A stretch of 64,000 nucleotides of DNA from Candidatus Bathyarchaeia archaeon (GTDB lineage: Archaea > Thermoproteota > Bathyarchaeia > TCS64), in the NCBI GenBank assembly GCA_050014495.1, contig JBEKDF010000004.1:32001-96000 (forward strand). The letters run 5' to 3'. The notes below the pieces were generated by a model. The model saw only the letters and a program-made list of their open reading frames with translations, did not search any database and was not told where the DNA came from. Of this stretch, positions 40,657-50,714 are shown piece after piece; the first letter of the stretch is position 1, and each line of letters starts with the position of its first letter. The position numbers and the translations under genes were made by a program.

Positions 40657-42591
40657 TTAATTCCCCACTGCAACGATTCGACAGAGAGAAGACTTCATGC
40701 CGGGGCTTCCCGTCCCCGGGTCAAAGTACTCGCTGCTGACCAGGGTATTGGCATTCATATCACTGAATCCATGGTAGACCTGAAGAACGTTCTCGAGCAG
40801 ATCGGAGCTGGTCCTGAGGCTCCCCGATAAACGGCCTGAGGGGCTCTCGACGGTTACCCGATTCCCATCCTTTAACATGTAGTGAGACGCGGTCGCCGGA
40901 TTCAGGGTGAAGTAATTTTCTGGCATAAGCTTTCGCAGGCTAGGTATGTTCCTGAACTGGGAGTGAGTGTACATAGGCACCTTTGCACTGGTAGAGAGAA
41001 TAAGTGGGTAATGTGCACCCCATTTGCTGAGCGGGCTCTCAGCCGGCTCGACGAACTCGGGCAGGGGACTTAACCCACATTTCCTCAGCTTCTCGGAGTA
41101 AAACTCCACCTTCCCAGAGCTGGTCTGGAACCCGTTCTTCAGGTACTTCCTGTACCCTGACGAGGTTGCTCCCCTCGCCTGGCTTGACTCCATGACAAGT
41201 TCCCCCTCACCATACCCCATCTTTCTTGCCAGCTCTAGTATGATCTTCTCCTCGGGCCAGGCTTCACCAGGAGGATCTAATACCTTCTCACCACCCCTAT
41301 AGGAATCCGTTTCGAGGAAGCTGGCTGCGGGTAACACGATGTCCGCGAATCTGGCAGTCTCCGTCATGAATAGGTCCACCACGACTAGGAACTCGACTTC
41401 ACTCAGGGCCTCTCTGACGAGCTTGGTGTCACAGTCGGTCAAGACGGGGTTGGTACCATACATTATCATTCCACGTATCCTATATGGTTCCCCTGTCAGT
41501 ATGGATCTCCAAAACGAAGGCATGTGGCCCCTCTCAGCCAGTGGGAACCGCTCCTGACCTATGGCTTCCCTCGGACTCCTCTCCACGAGATGCCCCGTTT
41601 GATTCGGTTGATAGGTGAGTAGGTTTCCCCCAGGGACGTCGAGGTTCCCACTAACCGCTATCAGCGACGCGATTGCTCTTATCATCTGGAAATTGTTTGT
41701 GTGCTGGTCCAGACCGTTGCCCAGATCGATGGATGAGGGGCCCCTTGTGGCGTAGGTCTTCGCAGCCTCAATGATGTCGTCTTCATCCAGCCAGGTTATC
41801 TTCGACGCCTTATCCAGGGGGTATCTCCCAGCAAGCTCTTTAAGCTCGTCGAACCCGACTGTCCATCTCTCTATGAAGTCTTCGTCGTGAAGCCCTTCGT
41901 TTACTATCACGTTTATCATCGACAGCGCCAATGCGCCGTCGGTCCCCGGCCTCAGCTGAAGGTGCAGGTCCGCCTTCTTGGCGAAGGGTGTCTTTCTTGG
42001 ATCGACCACTATCAGCGTTTTTCCTTCCTCTAACAATTTTGTGATTGTTCTTATTCTCGGCGGGTCATGCGCGGGGTTGATCCCCCATAGCACTAAGCAG
42101 TTTGAGTTAGTGACGTCAGCGGAGCGCCACGGATCCATGTTCCCGACAACATAGCTAAGCCCCAGTTTTCTAGGCCTCGAGCAGGTATGGTCTACCACCG
42201 TGAGGTTTGGGGTTCCGATCAGTCCACCGAGCTTGTCGTAGTACCTTCTGACTTCCTGTATATGCTCTCTGGAATATCCTGATCCTATGGCGATCGATTT
42301 GGCACCGTACTTCTCCTTTAAAGAGAGCAAATTCTTGGCAGCTAATGAGAGAGCCTCATCCCATGATGCAGGCCTCCACTCGTCGTTGCTGTTCTTTATG
42401 AGCGGTTTCTTGAGACGCTCCTCGGATTGAGTTATGTCGCCTATGTGTAAGCCCTGTGGGCATAGGTCCCCTCTGGTCCGTGGGTCGTCTTTGTCTCCCT
42501 CAACCTCTATGATCCTTCCAGAGTCTACGGTTATTTTCAGTGAGCAGTCGGCGTGTCCGCAGATGTCACAGGCTGTTTTTACTATCTTCAT
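40657..42591 (-). CDS. Mo/W-bisPGD oxidoreductase catalytic subunit
   Basis: CDICGHADC..C FeS site, VVDPR, LRPGTDGAL, DLFMTETARFADIVLPAA, HSQ. Confidence 0.9.
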   Translation of the reverse strand: MKIVKTACDICGHADCSLKITVDSGRIIEVEGDKDDPRTRGDLCPQGLHIGDITQSEERLKKPLIKNSNDEWRPASWDEALSLAAKNLLSLKEKYGAKSIAIGSGYSREHIQEVRRYYDKLGGLIGTPNLTVVDHTCSRPRKLGLSYVVGNMDPWRSADVTNSNCLVLWGINPAHDPPRIRTITKLLEEGKTLIVVDPRKTPFAKKADLHLQLRPGTDGALALSMINVIVNEGLHDEDFIERWTVGFDELKELAGRYPLDKASKITWLDEDDIIEAAKTYATRGPSSIDLGNGLDQHTNNFQMIRAIASLIAVSGNLDVPGGNLLTYQPNQTGHLVERSPREAIGQERFPLAERGHMPSFWRSILTGEPYRIRGMIMYGTNPVLTDCDTKLVREALSEVEFLVVVDLFMTETARFADIVLPAASFLETDSYRGGEKVLDPPGEAWPEEKIILELARKMGYGEGELVMESSQARGATSSGYRKYLKNGFQTSSGKVEFYSEKLRKCGLSPLPEFVEPAESPLSKWGAHYPLILSTSAKVPMYTHSQFRNIPSLRKLMPENYFTLNPATASHYMLKDGNRVTVESPSGRLSGSLRTSSDLLENVLQVYHGFSDMNANTLVSSEYFDPGTGSPGMKSSLCRIVAVGN

Positions 42592-42766
42592 GGCGTTTCC
42601 CTAGGGTTGTTGAACGTGTTGTGTATCACTTTGTAAAGTGAAATATAAATGAGCACTCGCGTGCTAGGTATTTTGTGGTTGGAAATGAGGCTATGATTCT
42701 AGAACCCAACGTTATGAATCGTAGATTCATAATTAATTAATACATATACAACATTTCTTTTTACTA

Positions 42767-42961
42767 TTGCTAAATGATGAAAAAACGATTTGCCCCTATT
42801 TCAACGAGGATCTATGCTATTCAAACACGCCGGGAGACGATCTAGTAGGAGAAACTCCCCCAATGCAATACAGAGGCCTCTGCGAATCCGAGTATTGGGA
42901 GCAGTGTCTTAGATATCGGAAATCCGATGTTTTCAAGGATGCTGAAGAATACCCTTCTTAG
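42767..42961 (+). CDS. Small Cys-rich hypothetical protein
   Basis: CPYF..LC...C....WEQC pattern. Confidence 0.55.
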   Translation: MLNDEKTICPYFNEDLCYSNTPGDDLVGETPPMQYRGLCESEYWEQCLRYRKSDVFKDAEEYPS

Positions 42962-43082
42962 TCCTTCGGTGTTGGCTGCGAGGTTTCCGGGGTATGAGGG
43001 GCTTCTAGATGTTTTTCTTGTGCGTGTGTTTTGTCGCGTAATCGTTTAAGGGTGCGACGAGGCCTTTGTCCGCACACGAAGA

Positions 43083-44624
43083 TTATGTGACTTTGAAGAT
43101 ATTGGAGGCTGAGGCTGACTGGTATCCTGTCTTAGATGCGGTGGCGGTTACTGTGTATGTTCCCTTCTGAGCAAAGATGCTCAGTTTGTATTTAATCATC
43201 GCGTTGCCGTACTGATCGGTCGTCGCGGAGTATGTTAAGGTTGAGCCCCCTGGGTTCTTAACCTTAACACTCACCGACGCCCCCCGAACAGCGATCCCAC
43301 CACTCATCACACTCACCGTTATGCTGACTGTCTGCCCCCGACTGTAAGACGACTTATCCGTCTTCACTGTGGCGCTGAGTAGGGAGGTGGTGGTCGTCTG
43401 CACGTTCACGTTGATGGTGGTGGAGTGGATGAGGCTGCCACTTGTGCCCGTCACAGCGATGGGGTAGGTTCCTGCGATTGTACTAGCGGGGATGGTCACA
43501 ATCATGACCGAGGTCCCATATCCGGGTAGTGAAGATGGGGTTAGCGTTGTGGTGAATTGCGATGACGCCGTCAGCGTGACTGTGCCCGTGAAGCCGTTGA
43601 GGGCGCTGATGATCATGGTTGAGGTCACTGAGCCTCCCGCCGTCACCGTCGAGGTTGATGGGCTAGCTGAGATGGTGAAGTCGGGCAGTGGATAGGTCCT
43701 TATATCTTGGTAGAGCACGGGTGTGGACTCGGCTGAGATCTCCACCAGGTTGAAGTTGTTCATGGTTATCCAGTTTCCTAGTCCTGACCCCTCCGGGGGC
43801 TGGGAGGCTATTGCGGAATATTGCTGGGAGGCGTCGTACTTGTAGCATAGGGGGTGTGAGGAGTCTACGCTCTTCTTGTAGCCCCACATCGTTGTTCCAT
43901 CTGATAGTAGGAAGTTTGCGTTTGAGGAGCTGTCGGTCGCGTATATCTGAGTCTCCGCCTTCGCGATGCCCGCCTTCACGTTCCCGTTGGAATCTTCGAC
44001 GCACTTGATTATGTAGATCAGGTAGAGGTCGCTGTCGACGACGTTAGGGTCGTTCCAGTTTGAGCCCACCGTGGGCGTGAAGTAGGAGAGGTACGTCGGT
44101 CCGATCAGGGTCTTGAGGTTAGCTATGTTTAGGCCTCCGTTGTGGGCTAGGGTCCACGTAATGTCCCCACGCACCCTGATGAAAGGGTGGGGGTCGGGTA
44201 TGTTTACCGCGCCGGAGGCTGCGTTTCGGACGTGTCCCATCCCCACCCCAGCGCCGCTCGAGGCAAGCGTCTGGGCCGCGGCGTCGAACTTGATATCCGT
44301 GTAGGCCTCGGGCTGCCCCCTCGCTACTATAAGGGTTCCTGAGGCGTAGTAGATCAAGCCCCAGCCATTCACGTTGCCGGGTCCATCGGGGCCTCCTCCC
44401 AGATTCTTAAGGGAGTCTGGGAGGCTAACCAGTTGATTCATCACGACTTCCTTGGGGAGGTAGGGTGAGACCATTCCCCACATGCGGCAATGCTCAATTA
44501 CGCCATTAGTGCTCGACGGCGTACGCGTTTCAGGAGGGGCTTGTGATATGCTAACAAACGTAGAAGCTAAGATTATGATGACTAAAACACTGAATAATGG
44601 GATTGTTCTCAAGAGCGTAACCAC
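43083..44624 (-). CDS. Secreted class II glutamine-amidotransferase-like (Ntn) protein with C-terminal Ig-like domains
   Basis: Signal peptide; CRMWG, NGWG, GHVRNAASG, PHPF, AHNG, VDSD; PDFTISASP and TDKSSY..G Ig-like domains. Confidence 0.8.
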   Translation of the reverse strand: MVTLLRTIPLFSVLVIIILASTFVSISQAPPETRTPSSTNGVIEHCRMWGMVSPYLPKEVVMNQLVSLPDSLKNLGGGPDGPGNVNGWGLIYYASGTLIVARGQPEAYTDIKFDAAAQTLASSGAGVGMGHVRNAASGAVNIPDPHPFIRVRGDITWTLAHNGGLNIANLKTLIGPTYLSYFTPTVGSNWNDPNVVDSDLYLIYIIKCVEDSNGNVKAGIAKAETQIYATDSSSNANFLLSDGTTMWGYKKSVDSSHPLCYKYDASQQYSAIASQPPEGSGLGNWITMNNFNLVEISAESTPVLYQDIRTYPLPDFTISASPSTSTVTAGGSVTSTMIISALNGFTGTVTLTASSQFTTTLTPSSLPGYGTSVMIVTIPASTIAGTYPIAVTGTSGSLIHSTTINVNVQTTTTSLLSATVKTDKSSYSRGQTVSITVSVMSGGIAVRGASVSVKVKNPGGSTLTYSATTDQYGNAMIKYKLSIFAQKGTYTVTATASKTGYQSASASNIFKVT

Positions 44625-44842
44625 CTCTTATCCGAACCAATGATTGACTTTACAAAAGTAAGTTAATTAATCTATTGAGTCCCTGCTGCCTGGCTTACCC
44701 CAGTGCGCGCGAGAGAGTCAGTCAATAATTTAGGTATAATATGCGTGTGTGCGCGCGGAGTTAGGAGAAATTAAGATGATAGGAGTCTTTGGAAATTTGA
44801 AATATGCGGAAAAAGAAATGATTGTGATGTAAAATTTTATGA

Positions 44843-46729
44843 CTACGGTTTGTCGGTAATTGCTTCAACGCCCTTCTCTTCTTTGAATTGCATCTTGTAG
44901 AATGAGCTGTATAGTCCATTAAGCTTCATTAGTTCAAAGTGTGATCCCTTCTCGACGATTCTCCCAAGATCTATGACCAGGATCTCATCACACAGCCTGA
45001 TCGTTGAGAGTCTGTGGGCTATTATTATGGCCATCCTGTTTTCAAGGAGTTTCTTCAATGCGTTCTGTAACACCAGTTCGGTGTAGGGGTCTATGCTTGA
45101 GGTGGCCTCGTCCAGGATCAATAGCTTGGGGTTCAGTAGAAGGGTTCTTGCGAAGCTTATCAGCTGTCTCTGCCCTATCGAAATATTTGATGAACCTTCT
45201 TGTATGATGTAGTCGTATCCACCTGGTAGTCTCATTATGAATTCGTGTGCGCCGACGGTCTTAGCTGCCTCAATCACCGCCTCATCGGATGCGCCGGGTT
45301 TTCCGAATCTTATGTTATCCTTTACGCTTATGGCAAATAGGAAGGAGTCCTGGAGAACCGTGCTCATGTTACTGCGAAGAGATGCAATCGTTATGTCCTT
45401 GATGTCGTGTCCGTTTACGAGTATTCTCCCACCAACGGGGTCGTAGAACCTCTCCAGGAGATTGATTATTGTGCTCTTGCCAGCGCCCGTGGGTCCGACT
45501 ATGGCCAGCTTCTTTGACCCTTCTAAGTCTAGGTTTACGTCGTGTATGACTGGGTTTTGAGGGTCGTATCCGAAGGTGACATCCTCAAATTTCACATCGT
45601 TTATCGTATCAATTACTACCGCCTTGTCGGGTGAAGGATCATCCACTTCAACTTTAGTGTCTATTAAGTCGAAGATTCTTTCTAATGCGGACATGCATGA
45701 CTGGTATTGGTCGTATGCGGTTAGGAAGGTGGTGAGTGGCCCGAAGTAGTTGAATTGGTACTCTAAGAATGCTGCGAGTATTCCTAAGTTGATCTGTCCG
45801 TTTATGACGAGTATTGTGCCGTACCATAGTATTAGTATCGTTCCAATAATCCTCATAGTCATTATGAGTGGTGTGTATATTGTTGATAGGAGGATGGTGC
45901 GTTTGTATGATTGAACAGTCTTTTTGTTAACTTCATCGAATTCTTTTTCGGCCTTATCTTCTTTTACGAATGCTTTTATAATCTTCATTCCTGCGAAGTT
46001 CTCTTGCATCTTGGCAATCAAGCCTGCAAGATTTGTGAGAGTTCTCCTATACTGTTTTCTTGATAGTCCTCCCATGATCCATGTCATGATTACTGCTATT
46101 GGAAGGATTGAGACTGCGAGTAGTGCAAGTTGCCAGTTTAGGAAGAATATTATTACCAGGGCACCTGCTATTGAGGCTGCATCCAGAATCATCGCCGTTA
46201 ATCCCATTCTTAGAAATATTCTGACCTGGTTTGCGTCTGTTGTTGGCCTTGACATTATGCGCCCGATCTCGCCTTCTGAGAAGTATTTTAGTGATATTTT
46301 CTGTAATTTGACAGTGCACTGGTTTCTAAGGTTCATTACGACGTGTTCACCGACTATTCTCATCTGATATATCTGAATATATTGGAAGACGTAGGTTGCT
46401 ACTGTTACCCCGATGAATAGAGGGACCCACCAGATGAACGCTGAGATATAGGAGCTGTCGTGATTCTGTATTGTTGGGGTTATTATATCGTTTATGGCGA
46501 TTAGGTGGAGGTATGGTGTGACAAGCCCTGTGAATGCACCTCCGGCGATGGCGATTGTGCCCAGTATCAAGTTCTTCTTGTAGGCTATTATGTACTCATA
46601 GAGCCTACCGATTAGAACTCTATCAGCGACTTTTCTCTTCCCTCTCTCCTCCACTTTTGTTGAGAAGGTATTATGTTCGTCAGACAATTTATTGATCGAC
46701 CTCCAGTATCTCTTCTGGGGTCTTCTCAA
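44843..46729 (-). CDS. ABC exporter ATP-binding/permease subunit
   Basis: TM domain; GPTGAGKS, ISIGQRQ, ILDEATS, AHRLST. Confidence 0.95.
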   Translation of the reverse strand: MRRPQKRYWRSINKLSDEHNTFSTKVEERGKRKVADRVLIGRLYEYIIAYKKNLILGTIAIAGGAFTGLVTPYLHLIAINDIITPTIQNHDSSYISAFIWWVPLFIGVTVATYVFQYIQIYQMRIVGEHVVMNLRNQCTVKLQKISLKYFSEGEIGRIMSRPTTDANQVRIFLRMGLTAMILDAASIAGALVIIFFLNWQLALLAVSILPIAVIMTWIMGGLSRKQYRRTLTNLAGLIAKMQENFAGMKIIKAFVKEDKAEKEFDEVNKKTVQSYKRTILLSTIYTPLIMTMRIIGTILILWYGTILVINGQINLGILAAFLEYQFNYFGPLTTFLTAYDQYQSCMSALERIFDLIDTKVEVDDPSPDKAVVIDTINDVKFEDVTFGYDPQNPVIHDVNLDLEGSKKLAIVGPTGAGKSTIINLLERFYDPVGGRILVNGHDIKDITIASLRSNMSTVLQDSFLFAISVKDNIRFGKPGASDEAVIEAAKTVGAHEFIMRLPGGYDYIIQEGSSNISIGQRQLISFARTLLLNPKLLILDEATSSIDPYTELVLQNALKKLLENRMAIIIAHRLSTIRLCDEILVIDLGRIVEKGSHFELMKLNGLYSSFYKMQFKEEKGVEAITDKP

Positions 46730-48554
46730 GGAACTGTGTCTCGTATATTTTCTTGTATACCCTTCCTTTAGCCATCAGTTCGTTATGTGTTCCAAACTCG
46801 ATGATTTCACCATTATCAAGAACCATTATTCTATCGGCATTCTTTATTGTTGAGAGTCTCTGGGCGATTATGAAGCATGTTCTACCCTTCAAAGCTTCAT
46901 CGATTGCATCTTGTATTGCCTGTTCAGTCTTTGCGTCCACGAATGAGAGTGAGTCATCTAGGATCAGGATCTTGGGGTTCGTTAACAGGGCTCTTGCGAT
47001 CGTCAGTCTTTGTTTTTGGCCACCTGAAAGCGTTACCCCTCTCTCCCCCACTGGTGTATCATACCCATCTGGGAGTGTCTCAATGAAGTCATCTATCTTA
47101 GCCATCTTTGCTGCAGATTTGACCTCATCGAGGGATGCGTCGTCTCTTCCGAATGCAATATTACTTCTTATTGTGCCTGAGAATAAGAATACGTCTTGAA
47201 GGACTAATCCTACCTGTTTTCTCAGGAAGGAGACGTTAAAATCCCTGATGTCTGTTCCATCTATTAATATGCTCCCTGAGTTGATGTCATAGAATCGTGG
47301 GATAAGATATACTATAGATGTTTTTCCAGTTCCTGTGGCGCCGAGAATGGCTATTTTTTCCCCTGGTTCAGCCTTGAAACTGATGTTTTTTAGTATAGGT
47401 CTGTCCTTAACGTATCCGAAGGTCACGTCTCGGAATTCAACTTCTCCTTTTTCTATCTTGACGTCTTTTGCATCTGGTCTGTTTACAACGTCTCCAGGCA
47501 GATCGATTATATCGAAGAGTCTTTCGGATGCTGCCGTTGCGTTGTTAAGACCACCTATAAAGGAAAGCGCAAAATCGCGAATAGGCCCGGTCGCTCTCAT
47601 AACATACCTCGCATAGATCAGAATCAGACCCAGTGATAATCCTAAAGATAATATCATATTCGTCCCGTAGACGTAGACAAATGTGATGCTCAGCGTTAGG
47701 ATGGCCGTTGCAGAAGGCATGTATGTTGCTTGAAACTTTCCTGCTCTGATTGCAATATCGACGTATTTTTCATTAATTTCTCTATCACCTTCCTGCATTT
47801 CGTCTTCTCTTTGGAATATTCGGATATTTTTCATTCCTACGATGTTCTGTTGTACATAGGAGCCGATTCGTCCTAGGATTAGCTGCATCTTTCTGAAGAG
47901 AGGCATCGTAAGCATGAAGTTCTTGGACTGGAAATAGAATATGAAGGGTATGGGTATCATCGCTATTAAAGCCATGACTGGATTTAATGTATAACATACC
48001 CAAAATACGAAGATCAACGTGAAAACAAGATTAGTTAAGGTGCTGACCCAGACTCTGAGGAATCCATCGACGAACATCAGTTCCTGCGTTGGCCTCGAGG
48101 TAAGGTCTCCCACAGGATTGATGTCAAAAAATGTGAAGGATTTTTCTTGGCATGATCTGTAGTATTCCTTTCTTATATTTCCCATAACCATCTGCGAGAC
48201 GATGCCATTTAGGTATACGATTATCCAATTGGCTATTGCGAAACCTACTACCGCCAAAAATATGTACAGGAGTAAAGTTGGAAGAAGAGTAACATTACTA
48301 GTTGCTGGAGGGTTACTTCCAATGACGTAATCTATGAGTTGAGCAGTATATAGAGGCTCAAGAAGAAATAAGAACGATCTTAAGATAGCTAGCGCAGAAA
48401 TGAAGGCGATGATAGGAACATAGGGTTTATGATAGACCATGAGTCTTTTAAAAGCCTTTATTTGAGTAGAGAGAGCTTTTCGATTCTCCTCAATGGAATC
48501 GATATACCTAAGTATCGGTTTGGCGACAGCCATTTTTAGGACTTCGTTAAACAA
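46689..48554 (-). CDS. ABC exporter ATP-binding/permease subunit (degenerate-site partner of a heterodimer)
   Basis: GATGTGKT, LSGGQKQR, ILDDS and AQR replace the canonical DE and H. Confidence 0.95.
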   Translation of the reverse strand: MFNEVLKMAVAKPILRYIDSIEENRKALSTQIKAFKRLMVYHKPYVPIIAFISALAILRSFLFLLEPLYTAQLIDYVIGSNPPATSNVTLLPTLLLYIFLAVVGFAIANWIIVYLNGIVSQMVMGNIRKEYYRSCQEKSFTFFDINPVGDLTSRPTQELMFVDGFLRVWVSTLTNLVFTLIFVFWVCYTLNPVMALIAMIPIPFIFYFQSKNFMLTMPLFRKMQLILGRIGSYVQQNIVGMKNIRIFQREDEMQEGDREINEKYVDIAIRAGKFQATYMPSATAILTLSITFVYVYGTNMILSLGLSLGLILIYARYVMRATGPIRDFALSFIGGLNNATAASERLFDIIDLPGDVVNRPDAKDVKIEKGEVEFRDVTFGYVKDRPILKNISFKAEPGEKIAILGATGTGKTSIVYLIPRFYDINSGSILIDGTDIRDFNVSFLRKQVGLVLQDVFLFSGTIRSNIAFGRDDASLDEVKSAAKMAKIDDFIETLPDGYDTPVGERGVTLSGGQKQRLTIARALLTNPKILILDDSLSFVDAKTEQAIQDAIDEALKGRTCFIIAQRLSTIKNADRIMVLDNGEIIEFGTHNELMAKGRVYKKIYETQFLEKTPEEILEVDQ

Positions 48555-48887
48555 TAATCGATTTGTAATTACTTATAGGGTTATCGTTTAGGATAACTGA
48601 GTAGCATGGACTCAAATTGCATAAATGTGCGCGCTTTTTTACATCATTTGACTGAAAAGCATTACAAATCAGAAGCGACCGTATAACACTTCGAGTAAGA
48701 GCTCATTCCGGTCTTCACCCTGTCCCCATGCACGAATAGACTCACTCAACTTTGAGTTACTGCTGACGCGCGTATGGGTAGTGGTTTCTGAGAATGTACC
48801 AGTGTCTGAGTTTTAGAATTTCTAAATAACACAGTGCTGGTTTAGTAAACTTGAAATATGTAGGGCTGAATTACACATAAATCATCG

Positions 48888-48995
48888 GTGGTAGACTTGT
48901 CGAAACGGCTTGAAGGCTTTGTATATTACTTTCTGAGCGTTGTTGTTGTGGTTATAGTCGTTGTTCTCATAACCTCCATTAATATTGCGGCATAA
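48888..48995 (+). CDS. Possible single-TM micropeptide (35 aa)
   Basis: MVDLSKRLEGFVYYFLSVVVVVIVVVLITSINIAA. Confidence 0.35.
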   Translation: MVDLSKRLEGFVYYFLSVVVVVIVVVLITSINIAA

Positions 48996-49069
48996 AGGCA
49001 GGCGCGCGTGGAAGTTTAGCTCAAATTGTATGCATAAGTTTATTAAAATTGAAAAATTAATTAAAATTA

Positions 49070-49666
49070 ATGGAGTCCTCTTCTAGATTTTCGATTTTCG
49101 TTATCATATTGGTGCTCAGTGCTATTTTAGGATTAGTTGAGGGTTTTGCTATATGCTATATCTTCTCATATAATTCATCATATCTGGCGGCTACACTCGG
49201 TTTCGGTCTTCTATTGGTTGGTAGCTCGGTTTGGCTCTACTATTATTTCAAAAAAGTTGAACCCCATTCCTTGAATGGTATGAAGTTGGCACCCTTGATG
49301 CATAGGCCCATTGCCCGAGAATTTGTGAGTGTTGACACTACAGTCCTTAGGATTCCAATGTCTCTCCTGGAGGCCCAGGAGGGTAGAGAACAACTCGTAG
49401 ACGTAATTGATGATAAGGACACCATTCGTGTTGTAGCTGAGCTTCCAATCGTTGGTGTGAATGATGTCAACTTCGACTGTTTAGGAAGGATGCTCACGAT
49501 ATACTTCGACATTGGGAATTATAGATACTATAAGGAGATTGGGCTTCCGTTTGCAGTTTATTCCAAAAATGGTAAGGTAAAATTACGTAATTGGATCGTT
49601 GAATTAGATTTGACGAAGATTAAAGTAGAGAATTCTGAGGAAAGCCATCTGAAGCAAGAGCTATGA
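49070..49666 (+). CDS. Membrane-anchored Hsp20/alpha-crystallin-like protein
   Basis: Two N-terminal TMs; VDVIDDKDTIRVVAELP, YYKEIGLP, RNWIVELDLTK resemble the archaeal sHsp core. Confidence 0.65.
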   Translation: MESSSRFSIFVIILVLSAILGLVEGFAICYIFSYNSSYLAATLGFGLLLVGSSVWLYYYFKKVEPHSLNGMKLAPLMHRPIAREFVSVDTTVLRIPMSLLEAQEGREQLVDVIDDKDTIRVVAELPIVGVNDVNFDCLGRMLTIYFDIGNYRYYKEIGLPFAVYSKNGKVKLRNWIVELDLTKIKVENSEESHLKQEL

Positions 49667-49822
49667 CTATTTAAGAATGAACTCTCGCGCGCGGATGGTA
49701 AAAAGTTATGTGCGTGCACTTTTTAATAATTGAAACCAATGGCTCTGTTTTCTTGATGTATTTCTATCTGGCTTGTCGTGTAGTCGGTGGTCTTTAATTT
49801 GGGGTTGAAGTAAAAATATTCT

Positions 49823-50032
49823 ATGTCATCGGGTCGGGTTCGTAACAAGATATTTGCTCAGGAACGCATTATCGGTTTGATTGTTATTTTTGTGGGGCTA
49901 TTTGCGATTATTTACTCTGCTATGAATTACGGGGTGACTTCAATATTATTCATAGTCAGTGCGGCTATAGGTCTGCTCATTCTTCTGTTCGGCTTCGGTA
50001 TGGCCTTCCGTAGGGCCATGCTTTTTAGATGA
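49823..50032 (+). CDS. Small 2-TM membrane protein
   Basis: Two hydrophobic helices, basic ends. Confidence 0.6.
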   Translation: MSSGRVRNKIFAQERIIGLIVIFVGLFAIIYSAMNYGVTSILFIVSAAIGLLILLFGFGMAFRRAMLFR

Positions 50033-50058
50033 TAACATGCGCTGCGGGATGAAGCATC

Positions 50059-50457
50059 TTAAACCAGTCTACGTTTATTTGATTGGATTCTCTGGTTAAT
50101 TTTCTTCGATTCTGCGTATTGATTATTGTAGTTCTTGGCGTCTTTCTCCGCCTTTTCGTAGTCGAGATACGTCCTGAGAACGGTGATTTTCACCGCGTCT
50201 TTGTGCTGTTTTAGAATCTTGGGGGCTTCTCTTGTTCTAAACTGTTTCAGGGCGTTCATTAGATTCTTCTCATCGTCAGGCTTTGTTAGCACGGGTATTT
50301 CGGTTGAGTGTTTCTTTACGTGGTAGGTTGAATCCTCGACTGGTCTTCTATTGACTATATAAAGAATCCAATAGGTCTGGGAGGATATTAGCGGTTTTTT
50401 GAGTAATTCTTTAGCTCCATCTTGAATTGCATTGGGGTTTGATCCGTCTCCGCTCAT
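50059..50457 (-). CDS. Hypothetical protein
   Basis: 132-aa ORF with ATG and AT-rich upstream region; no motif recognised. Confidence 0.5.
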   Translation of the reverse strand: MSGDGSNPNAIQDGAKELLKKPLISSQTYWILYIVNRRPVEDSTYHVKKHSTEIPVLTKPDDEKNLMNALKQFRTREAPKILKQHKDAVKITVLRTYLDYEKAEKDAKNYNNQYAESKKINQRIQSNKRRLV

Positions 50458-50714
50458 TTTAAGTCGAATTGGATTCAGCTGTTAGTGTTGATTAAATTTG
50501 TGATTACGCGCGCGTGACTGTTTAAGAATGAGATAAATTAGTGTTCAATGTTGTGTTCTGTCTTATCACTAAATTTATAATAAATTTATCTAGGCAATAA
50601 GGTTCGGCGTCATCCTATGAGGCGATATAGGCAGTTGATACGATTAATAAACATGTAATATAAGGAAACAGTCGGTGAATAGTTTTAAGCGTTAAATCCT
50701 CTGGCATCGCACCG

